From Eledone cirrhosa (lineage: Eukaryota), in NCBI GenBank assembly GCA_964016885.1, contig OZ024740.1:222580001-222644000 (forward strand): DNA of 64,000 nt, given 5' to 3'. Below the pieces are notes generated by a model. It made no database searches. It was not told where the DNA came from and worked only from the letters and a program-made list of their open reading frames with translations. The position numbers and the translations under genes are program-made. Shown here in pieces: positions 25,201 through 39,715 of the stretch (position 1 is its first letter; each line of letters opens with the position of its first letter).

Positions 25201-26099
25201 ATTACATTATACAAGAAAATAATATACAATGTATTATTTTAACGTGTCTGGGAAATGAGATACTATATATAGCAAAGAAAAAAGTTAGTTTAGAACAGGC
25301 AATGAATTTAGGCATGAGTGCTGTAGATAGTATAGAGTGACTCCCATTAAAGTTCTAATAAATTTTACCCTGATTATAAGATATACATACTGTCTGCTGC
25401 AAATGTTTTTCCTCGATATTTAAAAGGTAATAACAACTGTAATGTTATAGCATAACATTCTGAATCAAGCTTATTGTTTATCATTGGGTTTGCTGCACAA
25501 AGACTTCCATTCACTAATTTCCTGTAGTGGTGTATATCAGGTTTATTGTTGGATTGAAAGCATTGGTGCAAAGCCTCATAATTGAATGTAAAATAAGCAC
25601 AATTTATAAAACAGGTTCTTGTGTAAACATACTCTGATAGCTTATCTGCTTTTCATAGCATTAATCCCTTTACATATACCCTCTGAAATATAATTCCTTT
25701 CTTTTTTTCAGATTTTCCTCTATAACATTTCTTAATTAACGAGGCACTCACTACAATTATTGTATTTTGAAATGCAATCTTTTTATCAATATCTTTCTGG
25801 TTTATAGTTTTAGCTATTAAACCAAATTCTCCACCTCTTAACGAATTATCAACGCCTCTAATGCTAATAATCCCTTCCATAGAAAAACATTATAAAGTTA
25901 ATGAATGATAAACTTGAACAGTATTTGTCAAAACTACGGGAGGTCCATTTACATTTTATAGTAAAAATCATTTTTGAAGGCCAAAACTTTTATAATTGTT
26001 AAGAACAAAAGAATACGTAAATCTTATCCTGATGTGTAAAACTATAACTACCATGACTCCTTATTATTTGCTTGACTTCTATTATGCTTAAAGAGTTAT

Positions 26100-27481
26100 T
26101 TTTATTTATTTATTTTTTTAGAGGAACAACTGGCTTTTTATATTGAGCCAAATTAATATAAACACATACACAGAGAATAATAGAACAAACTCTATAGATA
26201 ATGAAGACAAACTCAAGGATATGGTTCGGACATGGAAGAGCCGGACTCCTACTGTCATTGCCTCCATCTATCTCGCCTTCCCCATCTCTCTGTATGGTGA
26301 GCAAATGGAGTCCCACGAGCTGGCCTCCCCACAGCCCCAACGGACAGAATGGCGAATGCATTTCCCTGGAGGATGGTAAGGGAGATGCGCTGGGAGAGCC
26401 ATTCCAACTTGTGAGGCTCACACCTGTGGCTAGCCAGCTTAGTGCCTATGGTGGTGAGTAGGGAGGTAGCCCTAGGGCCAAGGACACCAGAAGTCTCTAC
26501 TGCCAAGGGCACAACCGCAAACCTGTCAGAGAGCGACTGGTGCTTGCAGAGTTTGGCCTCCTCAGCCCAATGAGCAGCAGAACCTGGGTTAGTCACAGAC
26601 TGCACCAAGTTGCAGCTGGAGAAAGTGTCACTGCAAGAGGCATCACAGATGAGGGGTTTGACACCGCGGAATGGGAAGATGGTCATACCGTCTGGCATAT
26701 TTCCATCCCCTTGGTGCAGCCCCACTGGCTCGAGCTGGGAGAGCAAGCCTGCAGCATACAAAGCATGCTTTATGGAAGGTGGCCGGTACTGTGGCGACAG
26801 GAAAGTGGGTGGAGGCTGAAAGAGTCCACGGTTGATCCACAGCAACATTTATGTGGCTCACAGATCTGGAGGCTAAGCGCAGGTTATCGTTATCCAGCTG
26901 CGTGCCAGTGGTGATGGAGGGCATGGTATGGAGCCAACACAAAAAAGGCAAGGTGGTGCTGGTTAAGCTGGCGCATGAGCCTGTCTGAGGCCAGGATTCA
27001 CTGCATGGCATCCCAAATGCTTTGGGGAGGGGGGACTAGACGTCAGCAGGGGGAGAAGGATGAGGGATGTCTACTGGGCCAAGACCCAGCCAATCCCATA
27101 TCTCACAGGTGGTCTCATGTTCCCTAATCACAGAGGTTCCATTGTGTTTTGGAGAACCCTGCCGACAAGGATGTGGCATGAGGTTACCGATGAAAGAAAC
27201 GCGGCAAAGCGAGCGATATCGGGGACCAGAGGCCAAGGCTACCATATCTGACAGGTACAGTGGCCTGTTGCTATCCAATATTGTCAAACCTGATGTTGCA
27301 TATCTCCTCGGCTGCCACTCGGATACAAGTATCGAGGTCAGTGAGGAGAGAGGTGTGGCTGTAACGCGGAGGGTATGGAGGAGCTTCAGCATTTGTTTTG
27401 GAAGCTATCCACTTTTTGGCAGAAAATATATTTATATATAATATAAATTAAAAGGCTTTGCAAAAATATACAAGATTATAT
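26100..27481 (-). mobile_element. 5'-truncated CRE-clade non-LTR retrotransposon (RLE domain), with target-site duplication
   Basis: LEPVGL..GDG.MPDGMTIFPF...LICDASCSDTF...AVVPLAVETSGVLG...QRISLTILQGNA; upstream QATVPVRYGSLG; A-rich tail; AAGAGTTATTT at 26091-26101 and 27482-27492. Confidence 0.88.
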
Positions 27482-27751
27482 AAGAGTTATTTATAATTTT
27501 ACAGAATAAAACGTGTATAGCATATTATGATAAGAACACGACGTAGGATTGAACAGAATCTTTTCTCTTGTTGAGAGTATGACAAACTCTCTAGTGCTGG
27601 TGCCCTGATAAAATGCACCTTGTACACTATGTAATGTGGCTGTTGTTGGGAAGTGCACACTGCCATACAAAACCTTACCAAAAATCAACCCCAGTAGTTT
27701 TGAAAAATATTGTTCAAGTTTGTCATTGATTAACTTTGTAAGATGCTTCTA

Positions 27752-28139
27752 TCATCATCACCGTTTTATGTCTGTTCTTCCACGCTAGAATGGGTTAGAC
27801 GGGTTGTCCTGTTGTGGGCAGTGTCCAGTTGGCAGACCTTGTCTTGCTCATACGGGAACTGATTCTGGCTTGATTTCTACAGCTGGATGCCTTTCCTAAC
27901 ACCAACCTCGTTTACAGTGAGTGCTGGATGCTTTTTTGCCGTGGCACCTCCACGACCACTTTGCAGTGGAATGATAGGGACCTCAGTCCTATCATCTCAT
28001 TTCTACAGCTGAGTAAACTGGAGCAATGTGAAATAAAGTGCCTTGCTCAAGGAAACAACATATCACCCAGTCTGAGATTTGAACTCACAACCTTTCGATT
28101 ACAAGGCCAATGCTCTAACCACTAAGCCATGTGCCTCCA
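27752..28139 (-). mobile_element. tRNA-head SINE with RTE-derived 3' tail
   Basis: Minus strand: TGGCTTAGTGG A-box, GTTCAAATC B-box, central domain, then RTE 3'-UTR-like sequence and (GAT)n; sister copy at 44686-44993. Confidence 0.8.
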
Positions 28140-31117
28140 ACTATGCCGGGGATTATTAGCTGGGAAGGTTTGTTAGGAGGTGATGATTTTGGTTTAATAG
28201 GTTAAGATTATAAGAACTATCTCAGGTTGTAATGACCCATCAAACCCAAGTTAGCATGGAAAATAGATATGAAGTTGATGAAATTTACTGCACCAATTTA
28301 TAAAGAAATTTCAACATAGCAGAGATAGCAAAAATATTCCTCTTCTTAGATTCAGATTTTTCTTTTCTAAACCTGAGATAATAAACTTTTACGGTTTTAT
28401 AAAAATCAACATTTTCTTAACCTCACTTTGTTAATAGTAAATAAACAGTACCTGGATGAGATGCAGACATAACATTATAGATATCTCCTTGTTCATGAAA
28501 TTATGAAAATCAAAATACAAAATATACATTTGTTTTGGAAGCTATCCAGTTTCACTCAGTTTTGCAGAAAATATATTTATATATAATATAAAATAAAAGG
28601 CTTTGGAAACATATACAAGATTAAATAAGTTGCTTCAGAAATTCAAAACAATTTTTTTGTTAACCTTTTTAATTCATTTTGGCGGAAGCTACCTTTAGGT
28701 AAGAAATTCTATAAGATCAACAAAACATTCAAACTATTTTCTTTTGGCTTTACATAAATAGTACCTACAAAAACAAAATGAATACGAAATGAGCAATTTT
28801 CTCTATTTAAAAAAAAACAAAACGTTATTTTATAACTTTTTTCTGTTGCATTAATATAAAAGAGATGATGCTTATTAAATAGGAAAATATTATCAAAAGA
28901 AGAAATAATTATTTTCTAACTGTTCAACGAGCATATAGTTTATTTATTTATGAATTGAAGAAAGGTCTGCCTTGGCTTTTAAAGAAAATCTTTCTTCTTC
29001 GGGTCTACAGGTTTTGATTATCTGGTCAATAACAAAAGACATTGTTTTGTCCTTTCTTGTTGAAATTGAATTAAATATGATGAGTATATTGATAATCTGA
29101 ATAAAATAATATGGAGTAATACTTAAAAAATCTTTATAAAGCAAATTTCAATAAGTAAAATTGTAGCAACATTTGTAATAAAGATTACAAGTTTCTCTAT
29201 ATACACTTACAACTTTTAAAATGTCTATCTAATGTATATAAAACAATAAGACTACTTGAGACTAGACAGTACAACACTGAATTTGTATAGAATGAAATTA
29301 TTATAATTCCATGAGACTAGCATTGATCTATTCACTTTTGGCTTTTACAGGATTTCTTTATACAAAACATTTCATTTATTTGTTAGATATATCAATATAT
29401 TTCCTTATTTTTTTATTACCTTCAACACACGTTTGTTATATATTATCATGTTATATATTTACACTGTGGTAAAGTAATTTCATCCATACAAAAACACAGA
29501 AACTGTTAATTTCATTTTATATTCATCAATTATTTCTTGAAGTCATACTTTTCATCACAATCTGTTTGTGACAAAGTTGAAAACACAACAGCAAACTTTT
29601 TGACATCAAGTAATAAATGATAGATGGAATAATCAAGTAATAAATGATAGATGGACAGTGTTTGTATCTATTTTTAATAACTAAAATGGCTCTTCCAGAA
29701 TGTAATTTATTTTGTTTCAACACAGGGTCTCACGGTCACCAAATAAGTATCACTGCATCATCTTTATTATTATTATCATCATCATCATCATCATTTTACG
29801 TCCGCTTTTCCGTGCTTGCAAGGGTGGGACGGGTCATATTCAGCACAACATCTCTCCACTTATCATGTTACTTTGTCATCTCCTCCGTGAACTTCAGCGA
29901 TCTGAGGTCTGCTCTCACCACCATATTTATTATAAATGTAGTTAGCAAGACTTTCAGTCTATATGTAAAGTGTTAATGGAAAAACATTTCAGTAATTGAT
30001 GTCAATTAATATTTTATAAAACCTCAGCTCTTCTACCAAAATGAAGACTCTCCAATTAAAAAGTGCCTTTGCATATATCAGCATCACCATTTATGTCATC
30101 ACTTTTTACATCTTTATTCCATGTTAGTAAAGAGTGGATGGGTCATTTCTCTCCGAGTCAATTTTTAATTGAATTTACTACTCTCCTAGATGATTCAGAA
30201 ACAACATCTTGCTTTTAGGCATAGTTTTAATTATTGGATTCATTTCAGAACAGCTAACACTTCATAGAGTGTCCTGGGTGCATTTTATAATAGCACTAGA
30301 GACATTGTCATGTTCTTGATGTGATTGAATAGCATTTGCTACCTTTATTGCACATGGCCGATACAACTGGATGCCCTTCATAATGCCAACAATTTTACAG
30401 AGTGCACAAGATGTGCTTTATTGTGAACTCAGTATTAGAGATATTATCATGCTCCTGACAAGATTAAAAGGCTTTCTTGACTATAGAACGTCTCCTAATG
30501 TGCTATTATTTATAATTGTATTTAATGTTGGATAACTTGATTGCTTTATTTCTAGTCAATCACCTAAGTTCGAAAACCAATCAATATTATCTGTATTAAT
30601 CTCCATTTTAAATCCATTCTATTCTCATAAGTTTATATAGAGGATAACATTTTAAAGAGATTTCCCAACTAACAATAGTAACACATCTTGGAAACATAAA
30701 GGAATTCATTCCAAATCTGCTATTTTGTTTTACCTTCAGCAAATGAATGGAATTGGCAAGAGATCAAAGGAAATGTAAGCAGCTCTGTCTTTGAAGGAAA
30801 TATCTATCTTTTGTTGTCAGGGAGCTTAGCCAAACTTTGAATGTCTTACAGGAAAAACCTATTACTTTAACAGTGGATGAGAATAAAATCCATGACATGG
30901 CCATCAGCCAAAGTTCAAGACAGTTGTTGTAGTATCATTGTACAGATTTTCCATTCTTAAAAGAAAATTGGAGGAATTCCAGTGTTTTTTTTTTATTGTT
31001 AAAACACATCAATATTATCTATTTCTATATTTTAGTTAATATGAATAATTTACTAACCTGAAACAAATGGAGATTACATTCTATACATACAAGCCTACAT
31101 AAGAATACACACACACG

Positions 31118-31153
<36 letters not shown>

Positions 31154-31163
31154 CTTGTAAGCA

Positions 31164-31195
<32 letters not shown>

Positions 31196-34100
31196 CTTGT
31201 GACCATATATATATATACTTGTAAGCATATATATATAAATACAATATATGTATGTGTATTTGTATGTGCATTAAAAATATTGTCTCTTAAGTGCCTAGAG
31301 TCATTTATGGGATGGTGCTTTCTTCCAGTTTCTTGATACACACGAAATTCTTTCCATGGATATTAGGCCAGCCTATCTCAGAAAACATAACCAGGCAGGC
31401 GAAATTGTTTTATTTAAAGATAATATATTTTAAACAACTACATACATATTATATACATATGTGTACAATCAACAAAACATATCGACAATAACAATACAAA
31501 CGAGACAGAAAGAAAAAAAGAAAGAAAAATGATGTGCACTCTTCCTCAATTACACACTACAGCTGATAAGGCATATGTTGCCCTCAAATTATTTTTGTCG
31601 AAAACTAAAACATTCACAGAATTACGATATGTTATGGTGACTGAGTCACTAGAACAGCCAAGCACAATCATAGGGATCACTTGATGAGAATGACGGGCTG
31701 TCAGCAATGACAAATTTGTTACTTATTTGCAACAATTAGATCAACTAAAGCACTGTTTCTCAAAGGGGAAGGTGTTGTGTAAATTGAAACATAGTTAGCC
31801 AAATTACCATGCATAATAAATGGTATTTTTTATAGCTGTAATTCTATTATATTATCATGTTAAATTATATAACTTTATTTTGTCTTCTCATTAGTAAGGC
31901 AGGGAGTAATGTCACTAATTTCATGGTGGGAGACTGATATATATCACCGTGATGACTGACTGCTGAATGTCAGGTCACTCTTGAGTAATACTGATAACAT
32001 GTAATCCATTACAACCGGTCACAGATGGCAACAAATCTGGCAACTACATTAAGCTTGCTTGGTGAGGAGAAGAGACTTTGACACCTTGTGTAATGAATTA
32101 CAAAGCCCATCAATTGGCCATCCAATAGAGAGTAAAAGAAAAGTAGGTAGGCAGATCTTGTTAGCGTTGGTTAGCAGTCTTTCTAGGAGTAAAATAACTC
32201 TAATTTCAAAATTGAGATAGATGAAACTCTTTAGTCACTTTGGTGACAACATTTCAAGTAGCCCATGGCTTCATCTTTGTGATGAAGGTAAATTAGCTGT
32301 TACGTGTTTTCCAATGAGAACCAGGGATATACAGCCTCGTAAAAATGAGCATTGGGGCAACTACCTATGGTCCCTGACCTTTAGCAATGAGGATAGGAAA
32401 AGACCAGATGACTGCTGAAATAAAACAAGAATTAAGTATACTGACCAGATATACATCACAACATTTGCTGTGGATTAAAGTTTAAGATGTTTCATCTCAA
32501 CTATTCCACCTCTATCCACACACAGACACTGACATCAATAGATGAACATGTGAGGCATATCATCACAATATTCATTATTATAGATACAGTCATGGCTGGA
32601 CATGTGTGTGTGAGAATTTCTGTGGCATATCAACATAAGTATAAGCATAGTGGTGCACATGATCATGCATGTGTGTGTGTCTAGGCTATATTAGAATCAT
32701 CATAGGTGCAAAAATGTCTCTTTGTGCATGTGTCTATGGTAGATCATCCTCAACAACAGAAGCATCATCATAGGCATGCACAAGTGTATGTGAATGTGTG
32801 TGTTTGGTATATATAATCATCATCATTTTACGTACGTGCACAGCTGTGCCCATGTACATGTGTGTGTATTTACCTGTGGTATATACATAGTTAGAAAAAT
32901 GATTTAGATAATATTTCCACTATTTAAAACATTTAGACAAATATTAATGAAAGAATATTCTAAACTACTTCAAATGAAATAGGATATATTTTTTTTAATT
33001 ATACAGAATTAATCTTCTAGTTTTCTTTCCTTTCAAAGACTCTATTCACTTAAATTTTACTTGAAACTATTAATTGAGGGAGATAGAGAGAAGTTATAAA
33101 GACAAGTTTATCACTGAATTTGGAAGTATTAAGAGATAATAAAAAAATGTTTACAATATTTATTTTAAATTCACATTTTCTAATGTTGTTACTGTGTATA
33201 ATTAAGCAGGTAAGTATCATGTGATTATCAACAATATATTGAAGCTATCTATTTTTCATTTACTTTTTGTTAAACTTTGAAAAGGTAGAAATTAAAAAAC
33301 TTGTTTTGATGCATGTTTAATAACAAATTAAATTTTTACTTCACTGATTAAACATCCACTCGATATATAACCTTCTCAAAACACCATCTAGAAATGAGAT
33401 CAGTTCAGCAGAGTTAATTAGTGCAAATAACAACGTTTCCTGTTATGTTGTTTATAATTACCAATATATTTCTTTCAATGTTTGTTTTTGAAAGAAAAAT
33501 TATTTATTGAAAATATGAGCAAATATTTTACATTTACCTACTGATAGATATATCATTTCTTTCATACTCTTTGCTCTTTTGGTTTGTTGTCAATGGAATC
33601 AACAGAAACAGAAAATATAGGAGATTCAAGCAGATAAATCCAGACACACGTTTTAGCTATGTGTTCCTGCTGTGTATAGAAGATATGTTGAATGAAAAAG
33701 ATGGATTGAATTCGATGGTTATAGTATGTGAGACAGTCTGTGATGTGTGTGACATGTTAATGAGGAGGAAGTGTCATGGAAATTGAAGGGAATAGCATAC
33801 ACTACATTATCATCCTTCTTTTTATGTTCGTTTTCCATGCTTGCATGGTTTGGATAAGTCCTTGTCAGTGCAGCATCTCTCCACTCATCATGTTACTTCA
33901 TCATTGCTATGAGTCTTAACAATTTAAACTCAGCTCTCACAACCTCTGTCGAGGCCTTACATGGTCTACCTCTACTGCAGCTTCCTTCCACTTGGATTTC
34001 CTAGGATTTCTTCACCCACCGATCATCATACATGTGCATCACATGTCCATGTCCATATATGAGAAATGTCTGGGTGGGAGGATGCGAGATATATACAGGA

Positions 34101-34596
34101 TAACTTCTTAATGAAAAACAAATATATTTAGTTGGTGATAACATATGTAATGTAATGAGCTACTCAATTATACTTGATAAAGATTATACCAATTGTAATG
34201 ATAAGAACCATTAGCTTAATGATTAAATTTTGTCAAGAATGACAGGAGGCACAGCTCTTAAAATTTAAACTAAATTAAATTAAATTAGAAATAGAATGTA
34301 TGTATGAAGTGCACAATTGTCTCATCATTGGCAGTACATTGTTAACATGTCCATTTTAGAATAAACCACTTGGTATTGTGAAACAAGGAGTCATTTCAAC
34401 TTGTTTTGTATCAAAAGAGTTAATTACTGTATATAATAATATTGACAAAATCCCAGACATCATTTGCTTAAAGAGTGGGGTGGAGCTCATTAAATCAGAC
34501 TGAGGAAACAATGTTTCCATTGGTTTTTCCAATTCCTAATACTATCTGTATATAATCTTGTATAATTCACATCTCCATTTTATATACATCATCCAC

Positions 34597-35540
34597 ATCA
34601 TCATCATCATCATCATCAACGTTTAACGTCCGTGTTCCACGCTTGCATGGGTTTGGACGGGGGTAGTCCCACTTGAGGCAAGAGTGATTGTCTTGCTCGC
34701 ATAGGACTGTCTGGCAGATTTTCTACAGTTGGATGCCCTTCCTAACACCAACCACATTTACAGTGTGGGTCTGGGAGGTTTTTACCGTGTTGCCTACACG
34801 GCCACATTACAGCGTGGACTGTGTGTTTTTTGTCGTGACACCTACACGATCTCGTTTGTTTCGGCCTGGATGGCGCGGCACCAACATAACTTTACATGGA
34901 ACGGGGTGGTGTGGATGGGGTGGGGGTGGTGGCGGGACGGGGTGTAGTTTGTTAGAGATGCCTACTGGCAAGGCGGGTCTTCTCTGTTACTGAGTACCGC
35001 CAAAGGTCACGGTCCAGTGACATTGTCTTGGAGAGGTGTAAGTGTATGAGGTCGGAGTTTATCAGCTCATCCCATGTTTTTCTAGGTCTGCCTATTCCGT
35101 GGCTACCGTCTATCTTTATTGCCCTGCACTTTGTAATACAGCTATCGACTTTCATGCGCATCACGTGTCCATACCAACGCAGCCTTCTCTCGAGTAAACA
35201 ACATCTGATCCCTCTTATCTCTAATTTTTTCCTTAGTTCGTTTATGCTTTGCCGTTCACGTATATTACTGTTACACATCCAGCGGAGCATGCAAGCTTCG
35301 TTCCTCTCTAGTCTGCGTATATCCTCTGCACACAATGCCCAGGTCTCACTACCATGCAACATTGCTGTTCGTATGCAGGCATCGTACAACCTGCCTTTCA
35401 TTTTTAGGGAGAACCCTTTAGCAGCTAATAGTGGTATAAGCTCTCTGAACTTTTTCCAACCAGTTCTGACTCTAGCTACAGTACTTTCAGAGCACCCTCC
35501 CCCACTGCTGATTTTATCGCCCAGGTAACGGAAGCTGCAC
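34597..35540 (-). mobile_element. 5'-truncated RTE LINE, same family as 19146-20457
   Basis: The uninterrupted ORF 34952..35542 reads FRYLGD...GWKKFREL...LHGSETW...RRLRWYGHVMRM...GRPRKTW; 3' UTR and (GAT)n tail. Confidence 0.95.
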
Positions 35541-36889
35541 AATGTTATATAAATTCTAATTTCAAGTTTAGTAAGTCCAGTATGTAAGTGACATGCTGGG
35601 TTTTTATATCCTATACATGTAGGTCAATAAAAAGCACCCAGCTAGTACTGGGGTCAATTTTTTCTCTGTATCTCATTCTCAATCCCTTTCTTTCACTCTC
35701 TATCCTAACATTGAAAATATCAGCTGTACTCAGTCCTGAAGAGGAGATGAGATACACCAGGTTTTAAAATGTCATGGAAAATGCTATATGGCAATATGGC
35801 ACCTGTACAAATCCCTCTGGAGTTTCGGTCTATGCCATACCATTTATATAGTAAAATCAGCAACTTCTGCATAAGTATATAGGATAATTTTATTTTTATT
35901 CAATCTAAATTTGTGTTTTGTCTTGAAAAAGGGTTCTAAATTTTAACATAGTACTGCTAGGCAATAAAAGCACAATAACCATGATCTGTATTCCAATTAT
36001 CCCTTATGGGATCATATTTCTAATGAAATACACTCCATTTGAATTAAGTAATGAAAACGTTTGAGGGATTTACTAAAATTATTAATCATGTCATTACTAA
36101 GATGCATGCATGGTCATGTAACTTCTTAGGGAGTCATAGGGACTCCATATCGACATACAACGTTTCTAGGGCATTTATAGACTTGGTGTAGCCCATCTCC
36201 TTTACAGCAGATGTCTTTCAGAGAGGAATAGAGATTGAGGGAACAAACGTGAGAACGAGACAGAGAAAGAATCGATCCCAGTACATGATTGGTACATTTT
36301 TATCGATCTGGAATGTATGAAAAGCAAAGTTGACCTTCATTACTAAGATAGTCACTTAACATGGTCATTATTTAAAGTTATATTGAAAGATATTAATTTA
36401 AATATGAAGCCTATGAAATAGGTGATTCTGTTTCATAGAACCAAAGTTGGTTTTGTATCAGAACATTTAAATCCTACACTCTGACACCAACTCATATAGC
36501 TGTAAAATTTACAACCTCAAAACACCTAATGTTTTTAGTAAAGAGATTATGTGTATACTCTGTGAAATGATTGGCATTAAGAAGAGCATCCATACCAAAA
36601 TATGAAGGCAGGTTATCTGATCATGAAAACCACCCAGCCCATGCTAGCATTGAAAACGGACATAAAATGATGATGATGATGAGGATGATAATATGAATAT
36701 CAGCACTGTAAAAAAATACAAGTTGATTACATCATGGGTGAAAACAAACATCCACTTAGGAATCTTTGACAATGTACATGCCATAACAATCCTATCCATT
36801 TAAATATTTCACCTTTATACACATAGATTTGTTGGCAGAAATGTTGAAAAGATTAATTTTATTTCTAAAAGCAAGAGGTGACGCGCATT

Positions 36890-37300
36890 ATTAATTATGA
36901 GGCTGGTTTTAAATTTCATGTTATTGAATATGCTAAAGGGCATGGGAATCAAAGTGCTGAGAGATAGTTTTATGTGTCAGAAAAAAATTAATGCGGAACT
37001 GGCAGAAACAAAATGGAACACTCAAAAATATGCCAAAAACAAAATGTGTTAAATTGTATGAGAAATTGGAAAATGATTTTATACTCAGGCATGTGATTTA
37101 CGATTGAATGGACAAATTTTCACTTACATGGCTATTATAACAAAATGTGATAGTTTGCAAATATTTATGCATACAAGTAAATATGATATTGTTCAGAAGT
37201 TCTATGTTGAAGCTGAGTGGTGTACAAGATATTGACAGTAATGTGCTAGCACTGCATCAGCAGACTTATAGCAATGATTGCCCCATGAAAGTATAGTGGA
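36890..37300 (+). mobile_element. Decayed pogo-type (POGK-like) transposase N-terminus
   Basis: NYEAGFKFHVIEYAKGHGNQSAER*FYVSEK/LMRNWQKQ resembles the Brinker-type DNA-binding domain of pogo transposases; the later EWCTRY resembles the CENP-B HTH GW..RF motif; stops and frameshifts. Confidence 0.65.
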
Positions 37301-39011
37301 GATACTATAAATGCATTTTAAACAAAGGTCATTAAAAGAAATGCATTATTGCTTATTTCATTGTAATACAGTTTCCTGAATTCATATATGCTGTCCTTTA
37401 ACAAGAGTAATACAAATATATACTGTTCTCTAATGATCAGTTGTATGATGCTGAATATATTATCATTTGATCAGGAGGGGGAATTTAAAGAGCCCAGTTG
37501 GTCAGTTTGTTCCAATCATAGATCATAGAAACACATTGTGTGACATATTTATTTTTGAGCATTTTGACACTGTATTGTCAATAATTGGGATTATTTCTAT
37601 TAAATGTGTTTATTTAAATGCAGAATAGATAAACAAATAAACAATTATTTAAATGCAATCACATGTGAAGGTGTAAACAAAAATCAACATATGATTTATG
37701 TAGAGGTCAAAGACTGGAGCCAAAATGTTGCAAATACAAGGGAGTATGAACAATCTACTGTTGTGACTTACATTTGAATATATATGGTATCTTATATTGA
37801 ATATATATGGTATCTATATGCCTACACTGGAAATTGTATCAGACAAAGTCAAATTAAAGACATCAAAATTGTTGATAAGAAAACAAAAACAAAAATAGAA
37901 AATAAATTGATATTGTTAGCAATAAAATACAGCTTTCTGCTTTTTATCTAGACAACAATTCATATTATAAATAGATTCTATCTATGTAAAGTTCAACCGA
38001 ATTTATGTCCCATGAAATTACATACAAAACACTGTTTTTATACATTCTGAAAATTTTAAACACTGTTTCAATTTATTCAAATTCTCATTTATTTTAATCT
38101 AAAAAAAAAATATTTTTTGCTAGATTCTGAATGTCTTATTGCTCAAGCCATAAAAATCTGAAGACTGTTTTTAAAATATATACTCGTAAATGAAACATAG
38201 TTAATTCCCAGAGTACAAGCTGAAAAGTAAAATTGAGTCTGATCTTATTTAAGAACCCTATCATTCTGAAAATCAATTGATTTTCTAGAAGGAGAAACCA
38301 CATAATTATGTGATTACTACAATATCGTCTTTACAGCCAGTACTCATTTATAGGATACACAAATAAAGTCGATTTGCTTTTTGGTTTGATTAAGAAGCCT
38401 GCACATTTTTAATATATTTCATACAGCAATATTAGTAAATCTGACAAAATATTCTTCTTGCCATATATGTAAAGATTTTACTTCGTTTGCTATGTTCATG
38501 ATTGGGGTGTTCATTATTGTCAAGTTTATATCATGCACAAATAAATGTGGCATTTGTCTGGGTAATTCTGTCATAGATCATTGCTTAAGTAGAACTGAGC
38601 AACATAATTTACAACTATTTGCTCAGAGTAAAGATATATCATCTATGTTTATCATACAAATCTTATCACTGATATTATCTATAGAGATTTGTATAGAAGT
38701 AAAACTTTCAATATTTTCACCCACAAATGTCTCCCACCTCTGTCTATTCTATCGTTACTATAATAGCCTCTAATCTTCTGATTTTCCACCTTCACCCAGA
38801 CACTTATTTGTCTCCTCATTTTTTCACCTTTGTTGTTTCCATCCCACCCCCTGACAGACACCACACTAAACTCTACAATCAGTGTTTCATGCTCAGCCTT
38901 ATAGAACTCTGCTCTGGCCATGTCTTTCGAAAACAAGTGGATGCAACAAGTTAAGCAAAACATTAGTAGCAGTGATCTCTTTTCTGCTACTTCTACAAAG
39001 TAAAAAATTAC

Positions 39012-39226
39012 TTAACACTTTATCATTTAAATTAGCTGTCTCTGGCTAGAATTCTCTCACCTTTTTCTTCAAACCGGCTATAGCTGGCTACTCATACATA
39101 TATTAGAGTATTGTTCTCAAAATAAATAATATATTAATCGTATAGATTAGATAATTATGTGAGATAAAATGTTTACTGTGAAAATACAATAGTAAACATA
39201 GAGTAATGTAAATGCTAAAGGGTTAA
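39012..39226. mobile_element. piggyBac-type MITE
   Basis: TTAA-CACTTTATCATTTA ... TAAATGCTAAAGGG-TTAA: imperfect TIRs with TTAA at both ends. Confidence 0.7.
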
Positions 39227-39715
39227 AAACTGTATTATAATACTCTTAATTTGGAATTTTCTGAAATCTTTCTTTCTCTCAGAAAGTTTCTAATATTACT
39301 ATAATTGACTGCTCTAATATTTACAATCGTCTAGAATATGTAAAAAACAATAACATTCACCGTTTTAAAGAATCCTTTATTACAAACTAATTTATTATTA
39401 AAAACTAATTTATTATTAAAAACTAATTACAAACTAATTTATTATTGTTTCATTTCATCCACCACTACTCTATAATCCCTTACTTATACTCCTATTCATG
39501 TCTCCTTTACTTTGAAAAACTCCCATCAATTTTATTCATTTTGAACCTTCTTCAACTTCATTTTCTAAGAGGTCCCTAACCCCACTCTCTAATAAACATT
39601 GACTGACTTAATGCTCTTAAATATAGTTCAAAAGAACTATAAAACACCACAAACATTTATTTTCCATCTCAAATTAATACAACTTTCATGCTTCCAGAGT
39701 ACTACATTATTTCAT

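Noticed and set aside
28944-29144. 66-aa minus-strand ORF and nearby splice-like signals (28450-28770)
   Set aside because: No recognisable domain, and no consistent exon chain could be built.
30740-30933. Protein-like plus frame MELARDQRKCKQLCL*RKYLSFVVRELSQTLNVLQEKP...
   Set aside because: Internal stop, short, no recognisable family.
35028-35528. 166-aa plus-strand ORF (likewise 19482..19760, 26540..26914 and 42024..42641)
   Set aside because: Antisense frames of RTE/CRE coding sequence.
35730-35835. CTGAAGA followed by a possible long stem (also CTGATAA at ~31563 and CTGATGA at ~51311)
   Set aside because: No correctly placed GAAA/stem III/stem I; too degenerate to call hammerheads.
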